Of a stretch of 37,235 nucleotides of DNA, positions 19,516-27,592 are shown one piece after another. The position numbers were made by a program, and so were the translations under genes. Positions within the stretch are counted from its first letter, which is position 1, and the number at the start of each line of letters is the position of its first letter. Source of the DNA: a virus (Duplodnaviria > Heunggongvirae > Uroviricota > Caudoviricetes); the IMG/VR virus record IMGVR_UViG_2563366903_000020, one strand, 5' to 3'. A model generated the notes under the pieces. That model made no database searches. It saw only the letters and a list, made by a program, of their open reading frames with translations, and was not told where the DNA came from.

Positions 19516-20313
19516 TCAGTTTGTTTTGCGCGCGGCTTTTTTCTGGCTGGCAGCGCTTTTCTTTTTTGCGCTGCTCTTTTTCCCGCCGGTGGTGGTTTTC
19601 CTGCCCGTTGTGGATGCAGGCACCACCTGATTTCCGTCTGCCAGTTTCCTGACCGCGCGCTCCAGCGTGGTAATTTCACGCTTCACTCCCGAAGCCGGAT
19701 TGATCCGCATGGCTTCACGTAACAGGCTCAGCGACAGACGCAGATCATCGGGAGAGGAGGAGGCGCGGCGGGAAAATGCGCGTGCCTTGTGCAGTTTTGA
19801 CCTGACCTGGTCCGGCATATCCTGCTCACTGACCAGGTGGTTCAGCTCATCAAGCATGGCGGTGTACACAGACAAATCCGCCTCGCTGTCCGTTGTGGCC
19901 TGCGTCAGAACGGCGTCAGTAATCTCTTCAGCCAGTACCGTGGCGGCGTCACGGCCAAAGTTATCCGGCAGCGCCAGACCATGGCGGATCACGTACTCCC
20001 CGATACGCAGTGCCAGCGGGTAGTCACGGCAGTCAATGGCCCACACCATCATGGTGGTGATGACCTCATCCTGGCGTCCGCTGTCTCCTGCCAGGGTGCC
20101 TTCAATCCACCCTTCAAAGTCAGGCAACAGATGTTTTTTAAGCTCTGCCCTGGCGACGTTTGACTGAATACCCTTCAGCTGCATCTGTGCCAGCCTTAAC
20201 TGGTGAAGGACCTGTTCATGTGCGGTTCTTTCCCGTTGTGTTTCCCGGGCGTTCATGGTCACCCGGTTGCGGGCCACCGCCTGTTGCACATAGCGTTGTG
20301 CCGGTGTCAGCAT
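19516..20313 (-). CDS. M: Terminase small (endonuclease) subunit gpM
   Basis: 265 aa with Lys-rich C-terminal tail; position. Confidence 0.8.
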   Translation of the reverse strand: MLTPAQRYVQQAVARNRVTMNARETQRERTAHEQVLHQLRLAQMQLKGIQSNVARAELKKHLLPDFEGWIEGTLAGDSGRQDEVITTMMVWAIDCRDYPLALRIGEYVIRHGLALPDNFGRDAATVLAEEITDAVLTQATTDSEADLSVYTAMLDELNHLVSEQDMPDQVRSKLHKARAFSRRASSSPDDLRLSLSLLREAMRINPASGVKREITTLERAVRKLADGNQVVPASTTGRKTTTGGKKSSAKKKSAASQKKAARKTN

Positions 20314-20353
20314 TTCTCAGCTCCTGTTAACGGGCGCGGCGCGCCCGTCCGGG

Positions 20354-21454
20354 TTATGCTTCGGGTTGCGGCTGTCCGCTTTCGGCGTTGTTGTCCGGAT
20401 CTTCACCTGCGAAGGTGATCCCCTCAATCAGCGCGCATTTTCCGTAGTCTTCCACCACGTAGCAGTCATTCATGGACTGGTAAGTTGCGATACGGTTGTA
20501 TTCCGGCTCCTCGCGAATGAAACGGCGCAGTGAGCCTTTCTGGAAGTAGATCGACAGGTTTTTCAGCGACGTGATGAGCATGGCGTCTTTCGGGAAGTAC
20601 GGCGCAAGATACGTCTGAAGACCACCGACGGTACGGGACGCCACAATCAGCTGCCCGGCAACAAGCTCAGTGTTCGGGTTGGTGGTGCTGATGGCGTTAA
20701 TCATGGGAAGACGCAGTGTATTGAACAGATCCCGCCCCATCAGTACGACCAGATCCGGTGCGTCCTTATGCCATTCATCCAGCACGGATGAGCGGATGTC
20801 GTGCACCATGGCATCCGGGTTACCATAGTCACCTTTTGCCACCAGTTTGTTTTCATCATCGCGACGGGTCAGGGTCATCCCTTTAACCACGCGGGTGGCA
20901 GCCTTGTCGCGGATGTGTTTCAGCCAGCCCGGGTTGACGTCCTGCAGGAGAGGGTTGGTGGCACGATCGGAAATCAGCGCGTGTGACCCCCCGTTGAAAC
21001 CAATCATGATTCGATCCAGGGCTATCTGGCGGGTGATTTGCGCGCTCAGCAGTTGCTGAAAGTTTTTCTGGCTGCTCCATGCGTCAATCTGTGCGTAGCT
21101 GATGAAGGTATCGTAGTTCACCTGCTCGCAGCGGTAACGGCGTGCAGCCAGATCAGCAACTGATGCAGGATTGCGGCGTTTCACTCCGTCGCTCGTTGCG
21201 TTCGTGCTGGCAATGGGGCCGCTGGTGTCAATCAGGACTTTTTCACCTTCCTGGTCATCCACACCGATAAAATTGATTTCCTGTAACAGTCCGGCGCTTT
21301 CCTTGATGGCGTTCTCCATCTTCTGCTGAATGGATGGATCCACGCTGAAGGTTTTACCCAGGCGCTCTGTTGTGATACCAGCCAGCGATGCCTGCTGAAT
21401 CATATAGCGTTCCAGACTGTCACGTCCTTCACGGGAAAGGGATAAACGGGCCAT
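20354..21454 (-). CDS. N: Major capsid protein gpN
   Basis: 366 aa; P2 capsid family. Confidence 0.92.
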   Translation of the reverse strand: MARLSLSREGRDSLERYMIQQASLAGITTERLGKTFSVDPSIQQKMENAIKESAGLLQEINFIGVDDQEGEKVLIDTSGPIASTNATSDGVKRRNPASVADLAARRYRCEQVNYDTFISYAQIDAWSSQKNFQQLLSAQITRQIALDRIMIGFNGGSHALISDRATNPLLQDVNPGWLKHIRDKAATRVVKGMTLTRRDDENKLVAKGDYGNPDAMVHDIRSSVLDEWHKDAPDLVVLMGRDLFNTLRLPMINAISTTNPNTELVAGQLIVASRTVGGLQTYLAPYFPKDAMLITSLKNLSIYFQKGSLRRFIREEPEYNRIATYQSMNDCYVVEDYGKCALIEGITFAGEDPDNNAESGQPQPEA

Positions 21455-21471
21455 AAATTACTCTTCTCCTG

Positions 21472-22341
21472 TCAGAATTCAGCCAGTGTCTGGTCAGTGC
21501 CGCCAGCGGAAGTAAAACGCTGCTGTGGATCGGCATCCTGGTTTCTCAGTTGCGCTTTCAGTGCTGCAAGCTCGTGACTGAGCTCATCCAGCGCCGTTTT
21601 GTCGATGGCATGTTTCTGCTCCAGAGTGCTGAAACGGTCGATAAGATCTGCATGATCGGATGCGATGTTTTCCACAACGTCGCGCAGCTGGCTGAACTGC
21701 TCGCCATCCGCTGTGCGTGTTTTGCTGATGAGTGTCATGACGCGGCTGAACCACTGACGGCTCTCTTCCGTTCGCTGTTCTGTGGTGGTAAGCATCTCTG
21801 CTTCCATGGCGACGGTGAACATGGGGGGTTCTGTTGTGCACTTACTGAACTGCATGATGCTGGCGCGTTGCTGTGCGGCAAACTCCAGGCGTTCAGTGCC
21901 CAGACTTGCTGGCGTGTCGGTCATTGCCAGACCCACAATGTAAGGCCCCTTGACGGCGTCCAGCTCAGGCAACATCTCAATGCTCGAATACACTTTTTTC
22001 CCGTCAGCAATCATGTTTTTCATGCGGTCGGTGGGTTCAATTTCGGCATATAACGCTGTACGCCCTGCCAGTTTCCCTTCGGTGATTTCATCAGTTGACA
22101 GAGCGATCAGATCACCCACTGCGCAGAGTTCACTGGATGGCCACATCGAAAGGACGTGCTCAATGTTCACCCGGGAGGCGTAAACGGACGGGTCATAGTT
22201 TTCTGCGGCCTGACGCAGCATTTCACCAGGAATTTCACGTCCGTCGATGGTTGAACCGGAAACGGCAACGCGAAATTTTTTGCGCTCTGGCGTGTTTTTG
22301 CTTCCCATGGAAATTCTCCATAACCTGGTCGTTTTTCCCAT
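21472..22341 (-). CDS. O: Capsid scaffold protein gpO
   Basis: 289 aa (or 278 aa from ATG 22308 with GGAGAA RBS); divergent from P. Confidence 0.85.
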   Translation of the reverse strand: MGKTTRLWRISMGSKNTPERKKFRVAVSGSTIDGREIPGEMLRQAAENYDPSVYASRVNIEHVLSMWPSSELCAVGDLIALSTDEITEGKLAGRTALYAEIEPTDRMKNMIADGKKVYSSIEMLPELDAVKGPYIVGLAMTDTPASLGTERLEFAAQQRASIMQFSKCTTEPPMFTVAMEAEMLTTTEQRTEESRQWFSRVMTLISKTRTADGEQFSQLRDVVENIASDHADLIDRFSTLEQKHAIDKTALDELSHELAALKAQLRNQDADPQQRFTSAGGTDQTLAEF

Positions 22342-22463
22342 GATGGCGGCAGATAACGGTGTGTCTCAAGGTGCTGAAGTTGTATGGCGATGGGGACAAC
22401 ACGGGCAGGTATCAGGCGGTATTGCTGAGGCTTAATCTTGCCCTGTTAATGTCAGGGGGTGCA

Positions 22464-24197
22464 ATGATCCAGGATGTCTTTATTCGTATGCGGGCGAAAC
22501 AGCTTTACTGGCAGGGGTATACCCCGGCGGATATCGCTCAGCTGATGGGAATAAACCAGAACACGATTTATTCGTGGAAAAAACGCGATGAGTGGGATGC
22601 CACTCCCCCGATCCAGCGGGTCACCCAGTCCATTGATGCACGCCTGATACAGCTCACCGCCAAACCGGATAAAAGCGGCGGTGACTTTAAGGAAATTGAC
22701 CTGCTGACGCGCCAGCTGAAAAAACTGAATGACGGTCAGGGAGAACAGGCTGTTTCCGGTAAGAAGCCCCGCAGGCGCAAACTGAAAAATCACTTCACCG
22801 AAGAGCAGATTGTCGCACTCAGGGAAAAAATCCTGCCGTCACTGGCCTGGCATCAGCGCGAATGGTACGACAACCGCCATCACCGCAACCGCATGATCCT
22901 GAAGTCGCGTCAGATTGGTGCGACCTGGTATTTTGCGCGCGAAGCACTCCTTGATGCACTGCGTGATGATGTCTCCGCCGGGTACCAGCGCAACCAGATA
23001 TTTTTGTCCGCATCCCGTCGCCAGGCATATCAGTTCAAACACTTTATTCAGCAGGCGGCGCTGGAAGTTGATGTCGAACTGAAAGGGGGGGACAAGATTG
23101 TTTTGTCTAACGGTGCAGAGCTTCACTTCCTTGGCACATCGGCAGCAACCGCTCAGTCGTATACCGGACACCTTAAATTTGATGAATTTTTCTGGGTCAG
23201 TAACTTTGTGGAACTCAGGAAGGTTGCTGGGGCAATGGCGACACTGGAAGGGCTTACGCGAACCTACTTTTCAACACCGTCAGGTGAAACACATGAGGCG
23301 TATCAGTTCTGGACGGGGGACCGCTGGAACAGCGAACAGCCACGCTCAAAACGCAGTGAGTTTGATGTTTCACATGCGCATCTGAAGGGGGGCGTGCTCT
23401 TTCCTGACGAAACATGGCGGCAGATTGTCACTATTGAGGATGCTGTCGCTAACGGATGGCGGTACACCAATATTGGTGTTATTCGCGGCGAAAATACAGA
23501 AAGTGAATTTCGTAATCTGTACATGTGCGAATTTGTCCGTGATGGTGAGGCAGCCTTCAGCCTGAGTGCGCTCACCGGCTGCGGTGTTGACGGCTATGAC
23601 GAATGGCCTGACTGGAAACCTTTTGCTGCCCGCCCTATGGGGGTGAGGGAGGTCTGGCTTGGGTATGACGCCAACGGCAGCAGCGGGAAGGGGGACTGCG
23701 GGGCACTGTCGGTGTGCGTGCCGCCCCTTGTTGCCGGTGGGCGTTTTCGCACGGTGGAAACTGTCAGGGTTCAGGGGATGGAGTTTGAACAGCAGGCCGC
23801 ACTGATTGAGGAATACACCCAAAAATATAACGTGAAACATATCGGCATTGATGTGACCGGCGGGAACGGGGAGGGGGTTTATCAGATTGTGAAAAAGTTT
23901 TTCCCGATGGCCGTACCGTACAACTTCAATATCGCCTCCAAGCGGGCACTGGTCATGAAAATGCTTCAGGTGGTGCGTGCCGGACGCTGGGAGTATGACC
24001 GCAGTGAACGTGACCTGATCCAGGCATTCGCATCGGTGCGAAAAATACAGACACCCGGCGGCTATATCACCTACGACACCGACCGCTCCCGTGGCGTCAG
24101 CCATGGTGACCTCGCCTGGGCAACCATGCTTGCTGTTATCAATGAGCCAATTGGTGCGGAGCGTGAGGATAATCGCGGCTTTGCAATGGAGTTCTGA
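22464..24197 (+). CDS. P: Terminase large (ATPase) subunit gpP
   Basis: ATG at 22464 with AGGGGG RBS; 577 aa. Confidence 0.92.
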   Translation: MIQDVFIRMRAKQLYWQGYTPADIAQLMGINQNTIYSWKKRDEWDATPPIQRVTQSIDARLIQLTAKPDKSGGDFKEIDLLTRQLKKLNDGQGEQAVSGKKPRRRKLKNHFTEEQIVALREKILPSLAWHQREWYDNRHHRNRMILKSRQIGATWYFAREALLDALRDDVSAGYQRNQIFLSASRRQAYQFKHFIQQAALEVDVELKGGDKIVLSNGAELHFLGTSAATAQSYTGHLKFDEFFWVSNFVELRKVAGAMATLEGLTRTYFSTPSGETHEAYQFWTGDRWNSEQPRSKRSEFDVSHAHLKGGVLFPDETWRQIVTIEDAVANGWRYTNIGVIRGENTESEFRNLYMCEFVRDGEAAFSLSALTGCGVDGYDEWPDWKPFAARPMGVREVWLGYDANGSSGKGDCGALSVCVPPLVAGGRFRTVETVRVQGMEFEQQAALIEEYTQKYNVKHIGIDVTGGNGEGVYQIVKKFFPMAVPYNFNIASKRALVMKMLQVVRAGRWEYDRSERDLIQAFASVRKIQTPGGYITYDTDRSRGVSHGDLAWATMLAVINEPIGAEREDNRGFAMEF

Positions 24198-24202
24198 ACA
24201 CA

Positions 24203-25246
24203 ATGAGTAAACGCAAAAAATACACCGGAAAGCGGGGGCAGGATTCGCTACACGATGCACTGAAATCAACGCCTGCACTCAGCGCATTCACCTTTGATGG
24301 GCCCTATGAAGTCAGCCGCATGGATCTCCTGGATAACATGTCATGTGCAGATAACGGGCGCTACTTTGATACCCCCATGGACTGGAACGCTATCGCCCGT
24401 GCATCCCGTCGTGCGTCCTGGCATCAGTCGGCTTTGTACTTCAAGCGCAACGCCCTGAACGGGTGCTTTGTTCCTCACCCTCTGCTGTCCCGCCAGGCGT
24501 TTTCAGCGTTTGCGCTCGACTGGTTTGTGTTTGGTAATGCCTATCTTGAAGTGCGGCGTAACAGGCTGGGGGAACCACTCCTGCTTCGCCCGGCACTGGC
24601 AAAATATACACGCAGGGGAAGTGACCTGGATACCTACTGGTATCTCAACGACGACGGTACGGAGTTCAGTTTCAGGAAAGGGACTGTGTGCCACGTGCTT
24701 AATCCTGATATTAATCAGGAGATCTACGGGATGCCGGAATATATCGGCGGGTTGCTGTCTGTCAGCCTGTCAAACTCAGCGGATACATTCCGCAAACTCT
24801 ACTACGATAACGGCTCGCATGCCGGGTGTATTATCTATGTAGGCACATCTCAGGCGAATGCGGAAAGTGTCGAGGCCATTAAAAAAACGCTTACGGATTC
24901 CCGTGGTCGCGGGGCGTTTAAAAACCTGTTTCTACATGCACCGGGTGGTGGCAAGGATGGTGTGCAAATACTGCCGTTCCAGCAGATAACCGCAAAGGAT
25001 GAATTCCTGAACATCAAGGGGAGCGCCCGCGACGATATCCTTGCTGCCCATCGTGTACCACCTCAACTGATGGGGGCAATGCCTGACGGGAATGCGGCGT
25101 TTGGTGACGTTGAAAAAGCGGCGAGAGTGTTTTTCATCAACGAGTTGCAACCTGTCATGGAGGCCATGAAGCATGTCAATGAATGGCTTGGCGTTGAGGT
25201 GATGCGCTTTAACCCCTATGCCCTGCTTCTGGATAACGCCAGCTGA
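24203..25246 (+). CDS. Q: Portal protein gpQ
   Basis: 347 aa; P2 portal family. Confidence 0.9.
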   Translation: MSKRKKYTGKRGQDSLHDALKSTPALSAFTFDGPYEVSRMDLLDNMSCADNGRYFDTPMDWNAIARASRRASWHQSALYFKRNALNGCFVPHPLLSRQAFSAFALDWFVFGNAYLEVRRNRLGEPLLLRPALAKYTRRGSDLDTYWYLNDDGTEFSFRKGTVCHVLNPDINQEIYGMPEYIGGLLSVSLSNSADTFRKLYYDNGSHAGCIIYVGTSQANAESVEAIKKTLTDSRGRGAFKNLFLHAPGGGKDGVQILPFQQITAKDEFLNIKGSARDDILAAHRVPPQLMGAMPDGNAAFGDVEKAARVFFINELQPVMEAMKHVNEWLGVEVMRFNPYALLLDNAS

Positions 25247-25273
25247 CGCGCTTCGCTTGTCTGCTGCTTCGCC

Positions 25274-25296
25274 GGGGCATAAAAAATTTATGCCCC
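25274..25296. repeat. Palindrome GGGGCAT-a6ttt-ATGCCCC downstream of Q
   Basis: 7-bp perfect arms; no U-run on either side, so not a classical terminator. Confidence 0.4.
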
Positions 25297-25315
25297 GACT
25301 CTCCAGCTCCTGACG

Positions 25316-25346
25316 TCCGTTTCCCTCCCGATCTCCGACCTCGCCA
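25316..25346 (-). other. Possible cos region
   Basis: Minus-strand GGCGAGGTCGGAGATCGGGAGGGAAACGGAC loosely resembles the P2/186 cohesive-end sequence recalled as GGCGAGGCGGGGAAAGCAC; location next to Q as in P2. Confidence 0.25.
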
Positions 25347-25688
25347 GACGCATTCTGACGGCCTGTTTCCCTGACCATGTTTTGATGTGGTTTTTTAAAA
25401 CAGGCTTTACTGCTGGCGTATCACGCGCAATACGACCCCAAATAAAGCAACCTGCCTTCCACCCCTCAATTCGGGCGCCCTTCCCTCGTCGCCTGCGCAC
25501 TGCAATTGCCTCGTTTTTCGTGCACCGTGCAAACCGGCCTCAGCCAGCGCCGTTACTGGGCTGAATGGGGATGAAACACATAAGAAAAATTGTGCAATTT
25601 CGTGCGCTTTTGTGCATTTTTTATCTTGCGATTTTTGGGGGTGGGTGGTGATGATAATCATCTGTCTGAATCAGTGGGAGACTGCCGG

Positions 25689-26234
25689 GTGAGAACTGTG
25701 AAAAATTACTCATATCCTTATTTAACTTTTGTCACGCTTTCTGTTTTGGGGGGGATTTTTCTTTTTATTTGGTGGCGAAACGATGTTTACAGAATTACCT
25801 ACCTTTATTCGTTCACGACAAACTGCCTTGTTTCAGTGTCTGTGGTGCTTTCGGTTTTTGTCTCACTGTGCCTGTTGAAAAAGAACCTGGTTGATCGGTC
25901 TAAATTTACCGGGGTTACATCGTATCTTAAGTTTTTTTCGGGTATGTGCCTTCTTACCTGGATGATTCTGTTTACCCTCCTCGTTACGCTGATATATTTT
26001 CTTCCGGGTGAAGATTCATTCTATTCCGCTCCCTATGAGTACAGTCGCGGTAGCTCAAAAAGTTGTTCAGGGGCATTTGTTGATGATCCTGATTTGCAAA
26101 AAACAATCTTTATTTGCTACCCATACGGTGACTATCAGGATGGTAATGTGATTTATGTGAAGAAGCGTGTGAATGCGCTGGGTGCGGTGGTCACCTATGC
26201 ATACGCGACAAGCGGCCGATTTCGGTTTGACTGA
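25689..26234 (+). CDS. AT-rich cargo gene: predicted integral membrane protein (about 181 aa, three TM helices plus a C-terminal soluble domain), unknown function
   Basis: GTG at 25689 with GGGAG RBS 8 nt upstream (start uncertain; ORF track begins at a TTG at 25590); base composition visibly AT-richer than the flanking phage genes. Confidence 0.45.
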   Translation: MRTVKNYSYPYLTFVTLSVLGGIFLFIWWRNDVYRITYLYSFTTNCLVSVSVVLSVFVSLCLLKKNLVDRSKFTGVTSYLKFFSGMCLLTWMILFTLLVTLIYFLPGEDSFYSAPYEYSRGSSKSCSGAFVDDPDLQKTIFICYPYGDYQDGNVIYVKKRVNALGAVVTYAYATSGRFRFD

Positions 26235-26249
26235 AAAAAGAAATCCTGT

Positions 26250-26273
26250 GTTACCCTCGCTGCTGAGGGTAAC
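26250..26273. terminator. Bidirectional hairpin between convergent genes
   Basis: Perfect 9-bp stem GTTACCCTC/GAGGGTAAC with 6-nt loop; A-run upstream on plus strand and T-rich tract on minus strand. Confidence 0.55.
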
Positions 26274-26283
26274 ATGCGTGAAG

Positions 26284-26601
26284 TCATCGCCCGGTTCTTG
26301 AGCTGATAATGCTTTGCGCCAGCAACTGCCAGCCCTCTTTCTGTTGCCCGTACTTGTCCTGATACCTGTTTACCTGCAAGTTTCCGTGCACCAGAATCAG
26401 ATCGCCTTTTCTGTGTTTTGCCAGTTCTTCGTGCTGCTTCCCGAATGAAATAAGGTAAAGCCACATTGTGGTTGGCTGTTCTGCGCCATGGCAGGGTAGT
26501 GATACCGCCAGTTGTGCCGTTGTGACGTTGGTTCCTTTGGTTGTTCTCCTTGTGTTCGGGTCTGCTGCCAGTCGTCCCTCTGTTGCAACCTGTGTTGGCA
26601 T
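26284..26601 (-). CDS. Short SSB-like OB-fold protein (105 aa)
   Basis: Aligns by eye with the SSB OB core (W..L..FGK..E.....KG......G.L....Y.DK.GQ); lacks an acidic C-terminal tail. Confidence 0.5.
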   Translation of the reverse strand: MPTQVATEGRLAADPNTRRTTKGTNVTTAQLAVSLPCHGAEQPTTMWLYLISFGKQHEELAKHRKGDLILVHGNLQVNRYQDKYGQQKEGWQLLAQSIISSRTGR

Positions 26602-26633
26602 ATTTGTCTCCCGTGTTGGTTTTATTGTTGGGG

Positions 26634-26972
26634 TTAGATGACTGGCAGCTCTTCGCCAGCGCCGTAGATAAACAGAATTCTCTTCATGATTTCGCTGCGC
26701 TTGCAGGCTTCAATTACGGACGGCTCTTGTTGCCATTCTGCCCGTTGCGCCAGCTCCAGTCGTTCCTTTTCCGTTGGCTTCCGGTAATGCGTTATCTTGT
26801 CCGTGTACCCGTCCACAACCAGCAGCCCTTCGCGTACCATCTTTCCGGCGGCCTGATTAATGATGGTCCTTTTCACGCCCAGTTTTTCAACCAGCTCTGG
26901 TGCGCTGAAGCGTGCGTGCGTTTCCAGGTAGCGTAAAATGATTACCTTTCCGGTCATTCTGGGTGTCTTCAT
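26634..26972 (-). CDS. Winged-helix-like DNA-binding protein (112 aa)
   Basis: Internal ATG at 26972 overlapping the stop of the upstream ORF (ATGA); helix-turn-helix-like segment SAPELVEKLGVKRTIINQAAGKMVREGLL. Confidence 0.45.
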   Translation of the reverse strand: MKTPRMTGKVIILRYLETHARFSAPELVEKLGVKRTIINQAAGKMVREGLLVVDGYTDKITHYRKPTEKERLELAQRAEWQQEPSVIEACKRSEIMKRILFIYGAGEELPVI

Positions 26973-27178
26973 TTGGCGGCTCCTTCGTTGTTCCGGCGTT
27001 CGCGGAGTTCGGTCAGTGCTGTCAGTAAATTTTCCCACCATGTTTCTTCCACAACCGGATTTCGTCGTGAAAGCAGCTGCTGCGCCGACTCAATCATTTT
27101 CGTAAGCTCTTTGTCGCTGATCCTCCTGATGTCGTTCATTGTGTGCTCCTTCGGTTTGCTGTTTCTGGTCATGTTCAT
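26969..27178 (-). CDS. Hypothetical protein (69 aa)
   Basis: ORF in operon context; stop overlaps next start. Confidence 0.4.
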   Translation of the reverse strand: MNMTRNSKPKEHTMNDIRRISDKELTKMIESAQQLLSRRNPVVEETWWENLLTALTELRERRNNEGAAK

Positions 27179-27187
27179 GGTCTTTTG

Positions 27188-27592
27188 TTACCTGCGTGAT
27201 TGCCTGCTGGCGGCCGAATGCACATAGCGGACAATTGCCGCTTTTCGGTTAACGACGGCCAGCGTTCTTGCCAGTTCTTCGTTGAGTTTTCTTGTCTGTT
27301 TTTCGTGGTATGCCTGCATGATTTTTCCTACGGGAGTCAGTGGTTCAGGCTCTGATATGGCGCGACGAGGGCGCACGGCAACGATGAATGCGCTTCTGTC
27401 GGTGTTGATTCTTGCAGTCAGGATGTCGGTCATGACGGTATCTGTGCTGCGATCGGGGTTTGCGATCGTGATCTCCAGTTCGTCGCCTGGCTGTGGTCGA
27501 ACACTGACGCCGCTCAGCGTCAGTGCGGGAATGCGTCCACTCATGATGGCGCTGAAATCATGGTGCTGGAGTACACAATGGAATCGTGTCAT
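27188..27592 (-). CDS. Hypothetical protein (134 aa), translationally coupled to gene A
   Basis: ATG overlaps the A stop codon (ATGA). Confidence 0.5.
   Translation of the reverse strand: MTRFHCVLQHHDFSAIMSGRIPALTLSGVSVRPQPGDELEITIANPDRSTDTVMTDILTARINTDRSAFIVAVRPRRAISEPEPLTPVGKIMQAYHEKQTRKLNEELARTLAVVNRKAAIVRYVHSAASRQSRR

Noticed and set aside
25590..25688. Upstream extension of the cargo membrane-protein ORF to the TTG at 25590
   Set aside because: Starts at TTG without an RBS; GTG at 25689 with GGGAG RBS preferred, although the start remains uncertain.
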